A DNA stretch of 37,626 nt from Pseudomonadales bacterium. Its GTDB lineage: Bacteria; Pseudomonadota; Gammaproteobacteria; Pseudomonadales; UBA3067. How positions within the stretch are numbered: position 1 is the first letter of the stretch; the number at the start of each line of letters is the position of its first letter. Made by a program: the position numbers and the translations under genes. The stretch spans positions 1-37,626 of the forward strand of contig DAIRVL010000002.1 of NCBI GenBank assembly GCA_036802845.1, written 5' to 3'. Under the pieces are notes generated by a model. It was not told the origin of the DNA. It ran no database searches and was given only the letters and a program-made list of their open reading frames with translations. Below are positions 26,166-37,626 of this stretch, one piece after another.

Positions 26166-26399
26166 TCAACATCGTGCACATTCAAGCAGAACAATATCGC
26201 AACTTTGCGAGTGCTCATCAAATACGATAACGGCCCGCTTCGTTTTGAGCAGCGTCTCCACCTGTTTTACCTTGTCAACAAGGGATACTTCGTATTCACC
26301 GTAATCTGTTCCAACCCGCGTTACAAACTCTTCGATTAACGTATTCAAGGTGTCAGGCGGCAGGCGATTATACGGAACATTTATCGGCATATAAAACAT
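26166..26399 (-). CDS. yheU: YheU-family (UPF0270) protein
   Basis: IPYNRLPPDTLNTLIEEFVTRVGTDYGEYEVSLVDKVKQVETLLKTKRAVIVFDE aligns with E. coli YheU ([25 protein letters not shown]...). The start may be ATG 26390. Confidence 0.75.
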   Translation of the reverse strand: MFYMPINVPYNRLPPDTLNTLIEEFVTRVGTDYGEYEVSLVDKVKQVETLLKTKRAVIVFDEHSQSCDIVLLECARC

Positions 26400-26558
26400 C
26401 TCATCAACGTAGCGAAATACACTACACGAAACACTCCGTTACGAGTTAACCCCCGCAATTAGACACTTTAATTTGCATATATTCAATTGATCATGGATCA
26501 TGCACCGTTTGCGGGCTGGGTCACTTCCAGCGTTTCATCTTAGTTCGAGACAGCCTCC

Positions 26559-27221
26559 ATGAGTCAAATTCAAGACCTGATCTGTGGTTTCAAGCGTTTC
26601 AAAAAAAAGTTTGTTGAAGAAAAATCAGAGCAATACCAGTTGCTGGCCCTGCAAGGGCAGTCACCCAAAGCCTTGATTATTGGGTGCTGTGATTCACGCG
26701 TTGATCCTGCACTTACGCTCGACTGCCATCCCGGTGATCTGTTTGTTGTGCGTAACGTTGCCAACCTTGTGCCTCCCTATAGCCGCGAACGACTCTACGC
26801 TTCAACCAGTGCCGCGCTGGAATTTGGCATTTTATCACTCAACATTGCCCACATTATTATCATGGGGCACTCAAGCTGCGCCGGCATTAAAGCTGTTCTG
26901 GAAAAAGCCCTCGCACACAGCCAAGGCAATATCAGCGACACAGATACCAGCAGTGTTGATCAATGGATGAGCAATGCCATTGCCGTGGCTGAAGAAACCA
27001 TCAAGGAAAACGGGCATTTGCCGGCAGAAGACCAGCATTGTATTTGCAGCCGTAAATCTCTGGTCAAATCATTGGAGAATTTAAAAACCTACCCCTGGAT
27101 CAAAGAACGTCTGGCCTCAAACAGTATTACGATTAATGGCTGGTACCTGCACCTGGGTGATGCCTCGCTGGAACAATACTGCGAAGAAAGTCAGCGTTTT
27201 GAATATCTTCAGGCACTCTAG
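26559..27221 (+). CDS. Beta-class carbonic anhydrase
   Basis: The zinc ligand motifs CCDSRV and GHSSCAGI are present, and the protein is ~220 aa. Confidence 0.9.
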   Translation: MSQIQDLICGFKRFKKKFVEEKSEQYQLLALQGQSPKALIIGCCDSRVDPALTLDCHPGDLFVVRNVANLVPPYSRERLYASTSAALEFGILSLNIAHIIIMGHSSCAGIKAVLEKALAHSQGNISDTDTSSVDQWMSNAIAVAEETIKENGHLPAEDQHCICSRKSLVKSLENLKTYPWIKERLASNSITINGWYLHLGDASLEQYCEESQRFEYLQAL

Positions 27222-27310
27222 GTTTGGGCAGGCGCTTACAATATAGGCTGTAGATTTTTCCGCTCATTCCAGCTGCGTTATACCGGATTAAAAGAGACCC
27301 TGTTAACACA

Positions 27311-30236
<2,926 letters not shown>

Positions 30237-30344
30237 TGTTTAGTCTCCCTGTTGAATAACTGTATTTTCTGGGCAGATAGAATTTAGTGCTGGCATATTA
30301 CAATAGACAGTCAATTTCACAAACTTCACCTGTTAAATTGATTT

Positions 30345-33300
30345 TCACATAGCGGCCATAGCAGCCGCCTCATCGACATTCACGGACACCAGTCTGGATA
30401 CACCGGGCTCCTGCATTGTAACGCCCATCAGGACATGCGCCATTTCCATCGCCACTTTGTTATGGCTGATATAAATAAACTGTACATTCTGCGACATTTC
30501 TTTCACCAGCCGACAAAAGCGCCCGACGTTAGCGTCATCCAGGGGCGCATCAACTTCGTCAAGCATACAAAAAGGTGCCGGATTCAGCCGGAATATTGAA
30601 AACACCAGCGCAATGGCGGTAAGTGCTTTTTCACCCCCGGACAACAAATGGATGGTGCTGTTGCGCTTGCCCGGTGGTCTTGCCATGATCGCCACCCCGG
30701 TATCGAGCAAATCTTCGCCGGTGAGCTCAAGGTAGGCATGACCGCCGCCAAAAACTTTGGGAAATAATTCCTGCAAACCACCGTTGACCAATTCAAAGGT
30801 TTCCTTAAAACGGTTACGGGTTTCCTTGTCAATTTTACGTATGGCCCCTTCGAGCGTTTCCAACGCTTCGATCAAATCGGCATGCTGGCTATCGAGATAG
30901 TTCTTACGCTCCAATTCTGTTTGATATTCATCAATGGCAGCCAGGTTGATCGCGCCCAGCCGGCTTATTTTTACCGCCAGACTTTCCAGCTCAGCTTCCC
31001 AAGCCGACTCAGTCGCCTCGGCAGGCATCATTTGTTGCAGCGCGTTCAAATCAGCCTGCAGCTCATGAATTTGTTCCAGCGCAGCCGCCTGTCGAATTTC
31101 AAAGGCCTGCATTTCGATGCGCCGTTGTTCCAGCTCGCTACGGCAGATTTGAATGTGCTGCTCTGCCTCAACCCGCTGTTTTTCCAGAGTCTGCCGCTTA
31201 TGTTCAGCGTTTTCAAGATAACGGCGAGCGTCTGTCATTTTTTCTTCAACAAGCAAACGCTGCTCCAGACGATCTTCCAGACTCGCTTGCAACACATCCA
31301 CCGGTTCGTCATTGTGTTGTAATGATTCCAATAAATGATTTCGACGCTGCTCCAGTTGCTGTTGCTGACCGCGCAGACGCTCGACGGCCAGGACGGTGGA
31401 TTCGCGTTGCGTTTTCAAGGCGCGTAGTTGCAAGGCAACACGATGCGTCTCGTCCTTATGGCTTCGAGCGGTCTGACGCGCCTCATCCAGAGCACTGCGA
31501 CGTTGATCCCTGATAAGCAATAATTCTTCACGCCGATGGTTGTTTTCCGCCATAACATCCAGGGCGTCCTGGAGCGTCAAGCGTGACTGATTGATAGCGG
31601 CCTGATCAATTTCCACTTGCCCTTGAATCTCCCGCAGCTCATGCTCCAAACGCTGACGACGCATGGAAAACTGTTCGAGTCGCACTTCTTTGGCCGAAAG
31701 CTGGGCTTTGAGATCGGCAATTTTGCGATTGGCGAGGGTTAATTCCTGCGACAAGATCTCACGACGATGCTCACAATCAAGCAAACGTTGACGGCCTTCA
31801 TCCAGCTGCTGGGTTAATAGGGCAATGTTTTCTTCGTCTTGAGTAATATCGGCTTTGAGCTGCTCAATCTGCTGTTTGCGCGCCAATACCCCTGCGGTTT
31901 TATTTTCCTCTTGCTGAATGCGCAGCCAGTTGGGGCCCAACCAGATGCCTTCGCGGGTCACAACCGATTCCAAAACATTCAACTGTGTTTGCAAAACAAA
32001 GGCGTCGGCCAGCGTTTCGACACAATACACCCCCGTTAACAGTTGCACGCCACCCTGACGACTACGAACAAAATCAAGCAAGCGCGGGGCTTTGGTACAG
32101 GTTTCACGTAAATCAATCCCTTGAACGTGCATATCGGCGCTTTCGTCACTGACAAAACTCAAATTACCCTGCAAAGCGGCAATTTCTTCACCGACCTGCG
32201 CCACAGTATTCACACACACTGCCTGTAAACTTCGGCCCAGGACGGTTTCAACCGCTGCTTCCCAACCACCGCTCACCGCAAGTTGATCAGCCAATCGCGG
32301 GGCGGCCTCAAGATTTTGCGTTTTGAGCCATTGCGCAACAACGGCACGATTATCGCCCATCGCTGCCTGTTGCAAGGCTTCCAATGAGGCCAAACGACCT
32401 TTTTTACCTTGCAACACCGACTTCATCTGATCCAGCGTTTTTCCCAGCGCATGATTGTGTTGTCGCTGGCCGTCTATTTCATTGCGATGCATGGCCACTT
32501 GTTCTTCGTGACGAACCAAGACCTCTTGCGCTTCAGCCAAGTGTTCCTGGAGAAGCTGAACGCTGGCTTCCAGATCAGCATCAGGCAGCGTGCCGCGTTC
32601 TTCAAGCAAACGATTGGTGCGTTCCAGCCCGCGCCGAATCGCTTGTTCAAGTTGTTCGATACGCGATTGCTCGACTTGTGCTTTTTGACTGGACTCAGAC
32701 GCCCTGGCATTAAACTGATCCCATTCAGACTGCCAGCGTTGCATGTGTTCTTCGGCCATCACCAGTTGTTCAGCCGATTCATCCTGGGTTGATTGCAACA
32801 GCTCCCATTCAGGTTCCAGCACCTGCATTTGTGCATCCAGTTCAGCCATCAGTGTTTGATCAGTTTTCAGATGGGAAGACACTTGATCCAGCGTTGAATT
32901 CGCGTCGGCCAAATCACGCTGCACGTCCAGTTCCCGCTGTTTTTGATGCCGGATGTGTTGTTCAAGGCGCGCTACGTCAGCACCCAGGCTGTAATACTCG
33001 CCCTGAATCCGATTAAAGTCCTCATTCAGTTGTATTAATTCGCTGTGGTGTACTTCCAGCGCGGTTTCAACCGAGACCTGAACTGTGATTTGCTGTTCAC
33101 GTTTTAACTCCAGATCACGAATGGCACGGGTATGATTTTGCACACTTGCATCCAGACTGCGCCAACGTAATGCGTGAAGCTGTGCTTTATAGAGTCGCTC
33201 TTCTTCTTTGAGATTTTTATATTTTTCGGCGGTTTGCGACTGCCGATTCAGGTGTTGTAATTGGCGTTCGAGTTCTTCGCGTACATCACCGAGTCGATCA

Positions 33301-33872
33301 AGATTTTCGCGCGTGCGCTGCATTCTGTTTTCGGTTTCGCGCCGACGCTCTTTGTATTTGGAAATGCCTGCCGCTTCTTCAATAAAAACCCGCAGATCTT
33401 CTGGCCGCGCTTCAATCAAACGTGAAATGGTGCCCTGTTCAATGATGGCATAACTACGAGGGCCCAAGCCGGTGCCCAGAAAAATGTCCGTAATGTCTTT
33501 ACGCCGACAACGTGTGCCATTCAAGTAATAATTCGATTGTCCATCGCGATTGACGCTGCGTTTAATTGCTATTTCTGCAAAGGCACCCAGCTCACCCACC
33601 AAGGTGCCGTCACTGTTATCAAATTCCAGCTCAATGGAAGCCTGACCTATGGGCTTGCGGGTGGAAGAACCGTTAAAAATAACATCGGTCATGGACTCGC
33701 CACGCAGATGTTTTGCCGAACTTTCTCCCATGACCCAGCGCACAGCATCAATCACGTTGGATTTGCCACAGCCGTTCGGGCCCACAATCGCGGTCAAATT
33801 CTGCGGCAAGTTGACGGTGGTCGGATCGACAAACGATTTGAATCCTGCCAATTTAATACTTTTTAATCGCAT
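30345..33872 (-). CDS. smc: Chromosome segregation protein SMC
   Basis: It is 1175 aa with an N-terminal Walker A (GPNGCGKSN), long coiled coils and a central hinge. The C-terminus has the signature LSGGEKALTA and Walker B MLDEVDAPLD. Confidence 0.95.
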   Translation of the reverse strand: MRLKSIKLAGFKSFVDPTTVNLPQNLTAIVGPNGCGKSNVIDAVRWVMGESSAKHLRGESMTDVIFNGSSTRKPIGQASIELEFDNSDGTLVGELGAFAEIAIKRSVNRDGQSNYYLNGTRCRRKDITDIFLGTGLGPRSYAIIEQGTISRLIEARPEDLRVFIEEAAGISKYKERRRETENRMQRTRENLDRLGDVREELERQLQHLNRQSQTAEKYKNLKEEERLYKAQLHALRWRSLDASVQNHTRAIRDLELKREQQITVQVSVETALEVHHSELIQLNEDFNRIQGEYYSLGADVARLEQHIRHQKQRELDVQRDLADANSTLDQVSSHLKTDQTLMAELDAQMQVLEPEWELLQSTQDESAEQLVMAEEHMQRWQSEWDQFNARASESSQKAQVEQSRIEQLEQAIRRGLERTNRLLEERGTLPDADLEASVQLLQEHLAEAQEVLVRHEEQVAMHRNEIDGQRQHNHALGKTLDQMKSVLQGKKGRLASLEALQQAAMGDNRAVVAQWLKTQNLEAAPRLADQLAVSGGWEAAVETVLGRSLQAVCVNTVAQVGEEIAALQGNLSFVSDESADMHVQGIDLRETCTKAPRLLDFVRSRQGGVQLLTGVYCVETLADAFVLQTQLNVLESVVTREGIWLGPNWLRIQQEENKTAGVLARKQQIEQLKADITQDEENIALLTQQLDEGRQRLLDCEHRREILSQELTLANRKIADLKAQLSAKEVRLEQFSMRRQRLEHELREIQGQVEIDQAAINQSRLTLQDALDVMAENNHRREELLLIRDQRRSALDEARQTARSHKDETHRVALQLRALKTQRESTVLAVERLRGQQQQLEQRRNHLLESLQHNDEPVDVLQASLEDRLEQRLLVEEKMTDARRYLENAEHKRQTLEKQRVEAEQHIQICRSELEQRRIEMQAFEIRQAAALEQIHELQADLNALQQMMPAEATESAWEAELESLAVKISRLGAINLAAIDEYQTELERKNYLDSQHADLIEALETLEGAIRKIDKETRNRFKETFELVNGGLQELFPKVFGGGHAYLELTGEDLLDTGVAIMARPPGKRNSTIHLLSGGEKALTAIALVFSIFRLNPAPFCMLDEVDAPLDDANVGRFCRLVKEMSQNVQFIYISHNKVAMEMAHVLMGVTMQEPGVSRLVSVNVDEAAAMAAM

Positions 33873-33936
33873 GAATACCGATCTGTTTGCTCAGCTAAAA
33901 AGAAGATTGGAAACACTGAAGGCTGAAAGACGCGCC

Positions 33937-33961
33937 CAAGCATCCTGACACAGGATGCTTG
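33937..33961. terminator. Perfect 11-bp-stem palindrome between ccmE and smc
   Basis: CAAGCATCCTG-aca-CAGGATGCTTG, 87 nt downstream of the ccmE stop. No U-tract follows, so it may be the terminator of the ccm operon or an operator-like palindrome upstream of smc. Confidence 0.45.
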
Positions 33962-34047
33962 AGTGAAAGAATGGATGTTAGTCAAATTTCCCCATGCAAA
34001 CAATAGCAACACGGTGGGGCGCTCAAGGCCGCCACACGACACGTATA

Positions 34048-34524
34048 CTATTTTGTTGGCATCATACTGGGCATCATGGATGATCCCGTCCGTTGTTTTG
34101 CCGCATCCATGGCGGCTTTTACTTCGGGCGACATATAATTTTCATCATGTTTTGCCAGCACTTCACTGGCATAAAGAACACCGTCACTTTCAAGCTGGCC
34201 TTTGGCCAGAATGCCCTGTCCTTCTCTGAACAGATCAGGCAGCAGCCCCTCATAATGAACTGTGACCTCAGACACTCCGTCGGCGAGAACAAAAGAGGTT
34301 TTCAGCGTTTGTCCCTCATGCGTTTTTTTTACACTGCCGACCACCACCAGCCCACCAGCACGAATGTGTTGACCCGGTCTGGCTTCGCCTGCCGCAATCT
34401 GGGATGGGGTATAAAAGGCATTAATATTCTGGCGCAAGGCATACGTGGTAAAACCCACCGCCAGCGCCACACCCGCCACAATCAGAAGGACAATGATCAA
34501 ACGTTGTTTACGAATTGGATTCAT
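34048..34524 (-). CDS. ccmE: Cytochrome c maturation haem chaperone CcmE
   Basis: It has an N-terminal anchor, an OB fold and the haem-binding motif LAKHDENY. Confidence 0.95.
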   Translation of the reverse strand: MNPIRKQRLIIVLLIVAGVALAVGFTTYALRQNINAFYTPSQIAAGEARPGQHIRAGGLVVVGSVKKTHEGQTLKTSFVLADGVSEVTVHYEGLLPDLFREGQGILAKGQLESDGVLYASEVLAKHDENYMSPEVKAAMDAAKQRTGSSMMPSMMPTK

Positions 34525-34699
34525 GCTGCCTCACCTCACGGTTGATGCTGTGTTTTATTTCCTTGCGCAGCGCACGTTGGCGCAACAGGGGTGATAGCAC
34601 ATTGATGGCAATCACCAGGAACGTAATCCCGTATGAAGACCAGACATAAAGCCCTTGCCCCCCCATTTGAATCAGCTCACTGAAGCTGGAAAACTGCAT
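34508..34699 (-). CDS. ccmD: Haem exporter protein CcmD
   Basis: It is 63 aa with a single TM helix (MGGQGLYVWSSYGITFLVIAINV). It lies between ccmC and ccmE and overlaps ccmE by 17 nt. Confidence 0.8.
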   Translation of the reverse strand: MQFSSFSELIQMGGQGLYVWSSYGITFLVIAINVLSPLLRQRALRKEIKHSINREVRQHESNS

Positions 34700-34702
34700 G
34701 TT

Positions 34703-35470
34703 TTAATCCTGTTTTGTAGCCAAAATCAATTCTTTTACCCAACGGCTGCGACGTTCACGATCAATAATTTCACAACGCGCACGCAAAATAACCAAGACAA
34801 CAAACAAACAATAAAATCCCAGCATCATGATCAGCAGAGGTATCCACATATCTGCAGGCATGGCCGGTTTTTGCATGAATTTAAAGGTGGCGGGCTGGTG
34901 CAGGGTATTCCACCATTCAACCGAATATTTGATGATGGGCAAGTTTACCACGCCGACCAAGGCCAGAATGGCGGTCGATTTGGCGGCCGTTTGTGTGTTC
35001 TGAATCGCCGCATGCAAAGACATAATGCCCAGATAAAGAAAAAATAAAATCAACATCGAGGTTAAGCGCGCATCCCATATCCACCATGTACCCCAGGTCG
35101 GCTTGCCCCAAATAGCACCGGTCACTAGCGCAATAAAAGTAAACGAAGCGCCGATGGGTGCGCACACTTTGGCAATAATTTCGGCCATTTTCATTTTCCA
35201 GATCAGACCAATGGCGGCCGATAGCGCCATCATCAGATACGCTGACAAAGCCAGACTCGCTGCCGGCACATGAATGTAAATAATGCGAAAGGTCTGACCT
35301 TGCTGGTAATCCTGCGGGGCAAAGAGCAGTGCCTGTATCAGCCCGAACCCACACAAAAGCACCGATACGGCCACCAGCCATGGCAAAAAACGTGTACTGA
35401 TGTCGTAAAAGTACTGTGGTGAACCCAGCCGGTGATAATAGCGTTTGATCAGCGCCCAAAGTCGATTCAT
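34703..35470 (-). CDS. ccmC: Haem exporter / haem lyase subunit CcmC
   Basis: It has the WWD motif WGTWWIWDARLT, conserved His residues and about 6 TM helices. Confidence 0.95.
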   Translation of the reverse strand: MNRLWALIKRYYHRLGSPQYFYDISTRFLPWLVAVSVLLCGFGLIQALLFAPQDYQQGQTFRIIYIHVPAASLALSAYLMMALSAAIGLIWKMKMAEIIAKVCAPIGASFTFIALVTGAIWGKPTWGTWWIWDARLTSMLILFFLYLGIMSLHAAIQNTQTAAKSTAILALVGVVNLPIIKYSVEWWNTLHQPATFKFMQKPAMPADMWIPLLIMMLGFYCLFVVLVILRARCEIIDRERRSRWVKELILATKQD

Positions 35471-35475
35471 AAGGA

Positions 35476-36234
35476 TTAATTACTCAAACTAATGCGTAGT
35501 GATGCTGCCACTGCGAAAGGTGCCAACACCAAAGCCAAGGCCAGCATCGCGCCCAACAGGCTCAAATGCGCCTGATAGGCAAAACCGTCAACGGCCGCCA
35601 CTACGGCCGCCGTACCCAAAATAAGTACGGGGATATATAAAGGCAAAGCAATAAGTGACACCAGTAGACCACCACGACGAATACCCACGGTCAGTGCAGC
35701 ACCGATGGCGGTAATCAGTGTCAGCGTGGGCGTACCTATCAATAAGGTCAGCGTCAATACCCACAAGCCATCCCCCGACAGGTTGAGCATTATACCCAAT
35801 AATGGCGCCAGAAGTGCCACCGGCAATCCGGTAACCAGCCAATGGGTAAATACCTTGGCTATCACCATCAAATAAAGCGAGTTGGGCGCGAGAACAAGTT
35901 GCTCCAGCGTACCGTCTTCATAATCTTGAAGAAACAAAGCATCAACGGCCAAGAGCGTCGATAATAAGGCCGCGATCCACAACACCCCAGGGGCCACTTT
36001 GGTCAAAATTTGTGGCTCAGGACTAATGCCCAAGGGAAACAGACTCACCACCATCAACAGAAAAAAAAGCGGATTCATCCAATCGGAACGATGACGAAAG
36101 GCCGCCAGCAAATCACGCATCAACAAGCGTACAAAGGCTTTGCTCTCACTGGGCAAGGGACGCGAAAACAAATCAGGTGTTACGTAATGCGGCTGATGAG
36201 GTGCCGAAGAGGCATCGGATTGTTTTATATTCAT
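35476..36234 (-). CDS. ccmB: Haem exporter permease CcmB
   Basis: ...LLAAFRHRSDWMNPLFFLLMVVSLFPLG... aligns with the E. coli CcmB N-terminus. There is a ~30-aa N-terminal extension if ATG 36234 is the real start. Confidence 0.9.
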   Translation of the reverse strand: MNIKQSDASSAPHQPHYVTPDLFSRPLPSESKAFVRLLMRDLLAAFRHRSDWMNPLFFLLMVVSLFPLGISPEPQILTKVAPGVLWIAALLSTLLAVDALFLQDYEDGTLEQLVLAPNSLYLMVIAKVFTHWLVTGLPVALLAPLLGIMLNLSGDGLWVLTLTLLIGTPTLTLITAIGAALTVGIRRGGLLVSLIALPLYIPVLILGTAAVVAAVDGFAYQAHLSLLGAMLALALVLAPFAVAASLRISLSN

Positions 36235-36279
36235 GACTGATTACACCGCCGAGTCGAAACGCACACACATTACCCCAAA

Positions 36280-36924
36280 CTAGGACACAGGGCTGAGCAC
36301 GACCTGGCGCACACAGGTCGAATCAATACCGAGCTCATGATGTGTTGTCAGAATAACCATGCCTCCGGCCTGCGCATGAACGAGCAACAAAGCTTCGATT
36401 TTACTGACCCCATTTTTATCAAGCGCCGTAAAAGGCTCATCAAGAATCCACAGCGGTGTCTGCCGCAAATAAAGTCTGGCAAGCGCCACCCGGCGTTTTT
36501 GGCCGGCTGATAATCGGTAACAAGGGCTGTCTTCAAAACCACGCAAGCCCAGTTCATGTAAGGCCGTGGTACGCGCTGCCACCGAAGCCTCCGGCGCCAA
36601 CCAGGCCAGATTTTCAAAGGGACTGAGCTGCGATTTTATACCGGACAAATGACCAATGAAGGTTAAAGCGGCACCGTAGTCCACCCGCTGCTTTTCGATA
36701 GTCTTACCAAACCAGAGTACCTGACCCGACTCGGCAGGCATTATTCCAGTCAGAATACGTAACAAAGACGTTTTACCGCTACCATTGGCACCCATGATTT
36801 GGGTAATGCTTCCTGTTTCGACCTGAAAACTTAAGTCGGAGAATAACACCACGTTATCACGCACACATTCAAGTCGTTGTGCTTCTAGGGGGACACCACT
36901 CACAGCAAACTCGCTACCCGGCAA
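36280..36924 (-). CDS. ccmA: Cytochrome c biogenesis ATP-binding export protein CcmA
   Basis: It has Walker A GANGSGKTS, signature LSAGQKRR and Walker B LWILDEP. The ORF-track start is a TTG (36924), and a GTG at 36903 is an alternative. Confidence 0.9.
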   Translation of the reverse strand: MPGSEFAVSGVPLEAQRLECVRDNVVLFSDLSFQVETGSITQIMGANGSGKTSLLRILTGIMPAESGQVLWFGKTIEKQRVDYGAALTFIGHLSGIKSQLSPFENLAWLAPEASVAARTTALHELGLRGFEDSPCYRLSAGQKRRVALARLYLRQTPLWILDEPFTALDKNGVSKIEALLLVHAQAGGMVILTTHHELGIDSTCVRQVVLSPVS

Positions 36925-37012
36925 ACTCGGTAAAATTGCAAATTGTCGATTATCCGTTCATGTTAAAGTGATAGCAATATACGCTAAGGATTTAAATTCC
37001 CTTCGCATCGAC

Positions 37013-37029
37013 GTTTGTGTAACACAAAC
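37013..37029. promoter_or_regulatory. 17-bp perfect palindrome in the ccmA / downstream-gene divergent region
   Basis: GTTTGTGT-A-ACACAAAC, immediately 5' of the ATG at 37030. It is a possible operator; no binding protein is assigned. Confidence 0.3.
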
Positions 37030-37068
37030 ATGGCAATTCGATGTGCATGCGCTACGCTATTCAGTCAT

Positions 37069-37626
37069 ATGAAAATAGAACCGCCAGCGCCGCCACAAAA
37101 AAAACCAGAGGCCAGCCCGCAGGGTGTAAAACCTGAACGCCCGACGTCTTTGCAAGCACTTATACAACGCGTTGCGCCCAACAATGAAAAAACTGTTCAG
37201 GCCCAGGTACAATCAGACAGCACGCCAATCAAAAATCCAGGCAGCTCAGGATCCGAGGGGCCACTGTTTAAGGTTCTGATCAAAATCGGCTCTGTTGAAC
37301 TGATCGCTAGCAGCCCGGTGGCTTTAAAAAAAGGACAGCTGCTTGATATAGACCTCGTTGCAGGCAACACTTTGGTCATTCGCAACATTAGCAGTCCCAG
37401 CAGCGACGCAAGCCATCTTGCCTTGCGCAATCTAAGTCCGATACAAGAAGATCTGGCACCGCTACTCACGTTGCTTCAGCACAATAGCACAATCACCCAC
37501 TCTTCCAGCGCACAGAGGGATGCTTCGTTACAGCAACAGCTTGAACAAGCCATCAGCGCGCTATTAAGTAAACTGCCTTCGCTGGAGCAACTTAAAGCCC
37601 CCCAGCAGATGCGCCTGGCATTACTG
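37069..37626 (+). CDS. 5' part of a hypothetical protein (Pro/Ser/Gln-rich N-terminus; possibly FliK-like, unverified), running off the window
   Basis: The frame is open for 186 codons from ATG 37069 to the window end, with an alternative in-frame ATG at 37030. It is absent from the ORF track only because no stop is reached. The product reads MKIEPPAPPQKKPEASPQGVKPERP...LFKVLIKIGSVELIASSPVALKKGQLLDIDL.... Confidence 0.55.
   Translation, partial: MKIEPPAPPQKKPEASPQGVKPERPTSLQALIQRVAPNNEKTVQAQVQSDSTPIKNPGSSGSEGPLFKVLIKIGSVELIASSPVALKKGQLLDIDLVAGNTLVIRNISSPSSDASHLALRNLSPIQEDLAPLLTLLQHNSTITHSSSAQRDASLQQQLEQAISALLSKLPSLEQLKAPQQMRLALL

Noticed and set aside
30882-33866. Multiple 60-146-aa plus-strand ORFs inside smc
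   Set aside because: They are antisense frames of a long coiled-coil gene (Glu/Leu/Gln/Arg codons), which stay open by chance. None has start or RBS context or domain signatures.
34917-35459. 180-aa minus-strand ORF in a second frame of ccmC
   Set aside because: The ccmC frame contains the WWD motif and full-length homology. The overlapping frame is a compositional artefact.
37197-37469. 90-aa minus-strand ORF
   Set aside because: It is antisense to the longer open frame that runs from 37069 to the window edge. The plus-strand frame has no stops over 186 codons and a more protein-like translation.

Overview
The window looks like a core chromosomal segment of a gammaproteobacterium, roughly 48-50% GC by eye. 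I base the taxon on smc-zipA-ligA synteny, a system I cytochrome c maturation operon (ccmABCDE) and long-form PstC/PstA; the genus is not identifiable from sequence alone. Coding density is high and every large ORF appears intact. I found no rRNA, tRNA, CRISPR array, transposase, integrase, prophage gene or recognisable defence-system gene. Housekeeping content is proS, a class I fumarate hydratase, a contiguous Pho locus (phoB-phoR-pstS-pstC-pstA-pstB-phoU on the minus strand), a beta-carbonic anhydrase, ligA, zipA, smc and ccmABCDE. Four less ordinary modules stand out. (1) A tightly coupled CheY-like receiver, CheC-type phosphatase and PAS-GGDEF cyclase tricistron, followed by an NfeD/SPFH pair. 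(2) A five-gene gtrA / GT2 / ArnT-like glycosyltransferase / OmpR-type regulator / histidine kinase operon, with phased direct repeats upstream. (3) A beta-barrel outer-membrane protein with a ~100-aa Ala/Gln-rich insertion, co-transcribed with a 139-aa PstS-like mini binding protein. (4) Very large periplasmic insertions in PstC and PstA. Several structured intergenic elements are also noted. None of these is demonstrably a new system from sequence alone, so interest scores are deliberately moderate.
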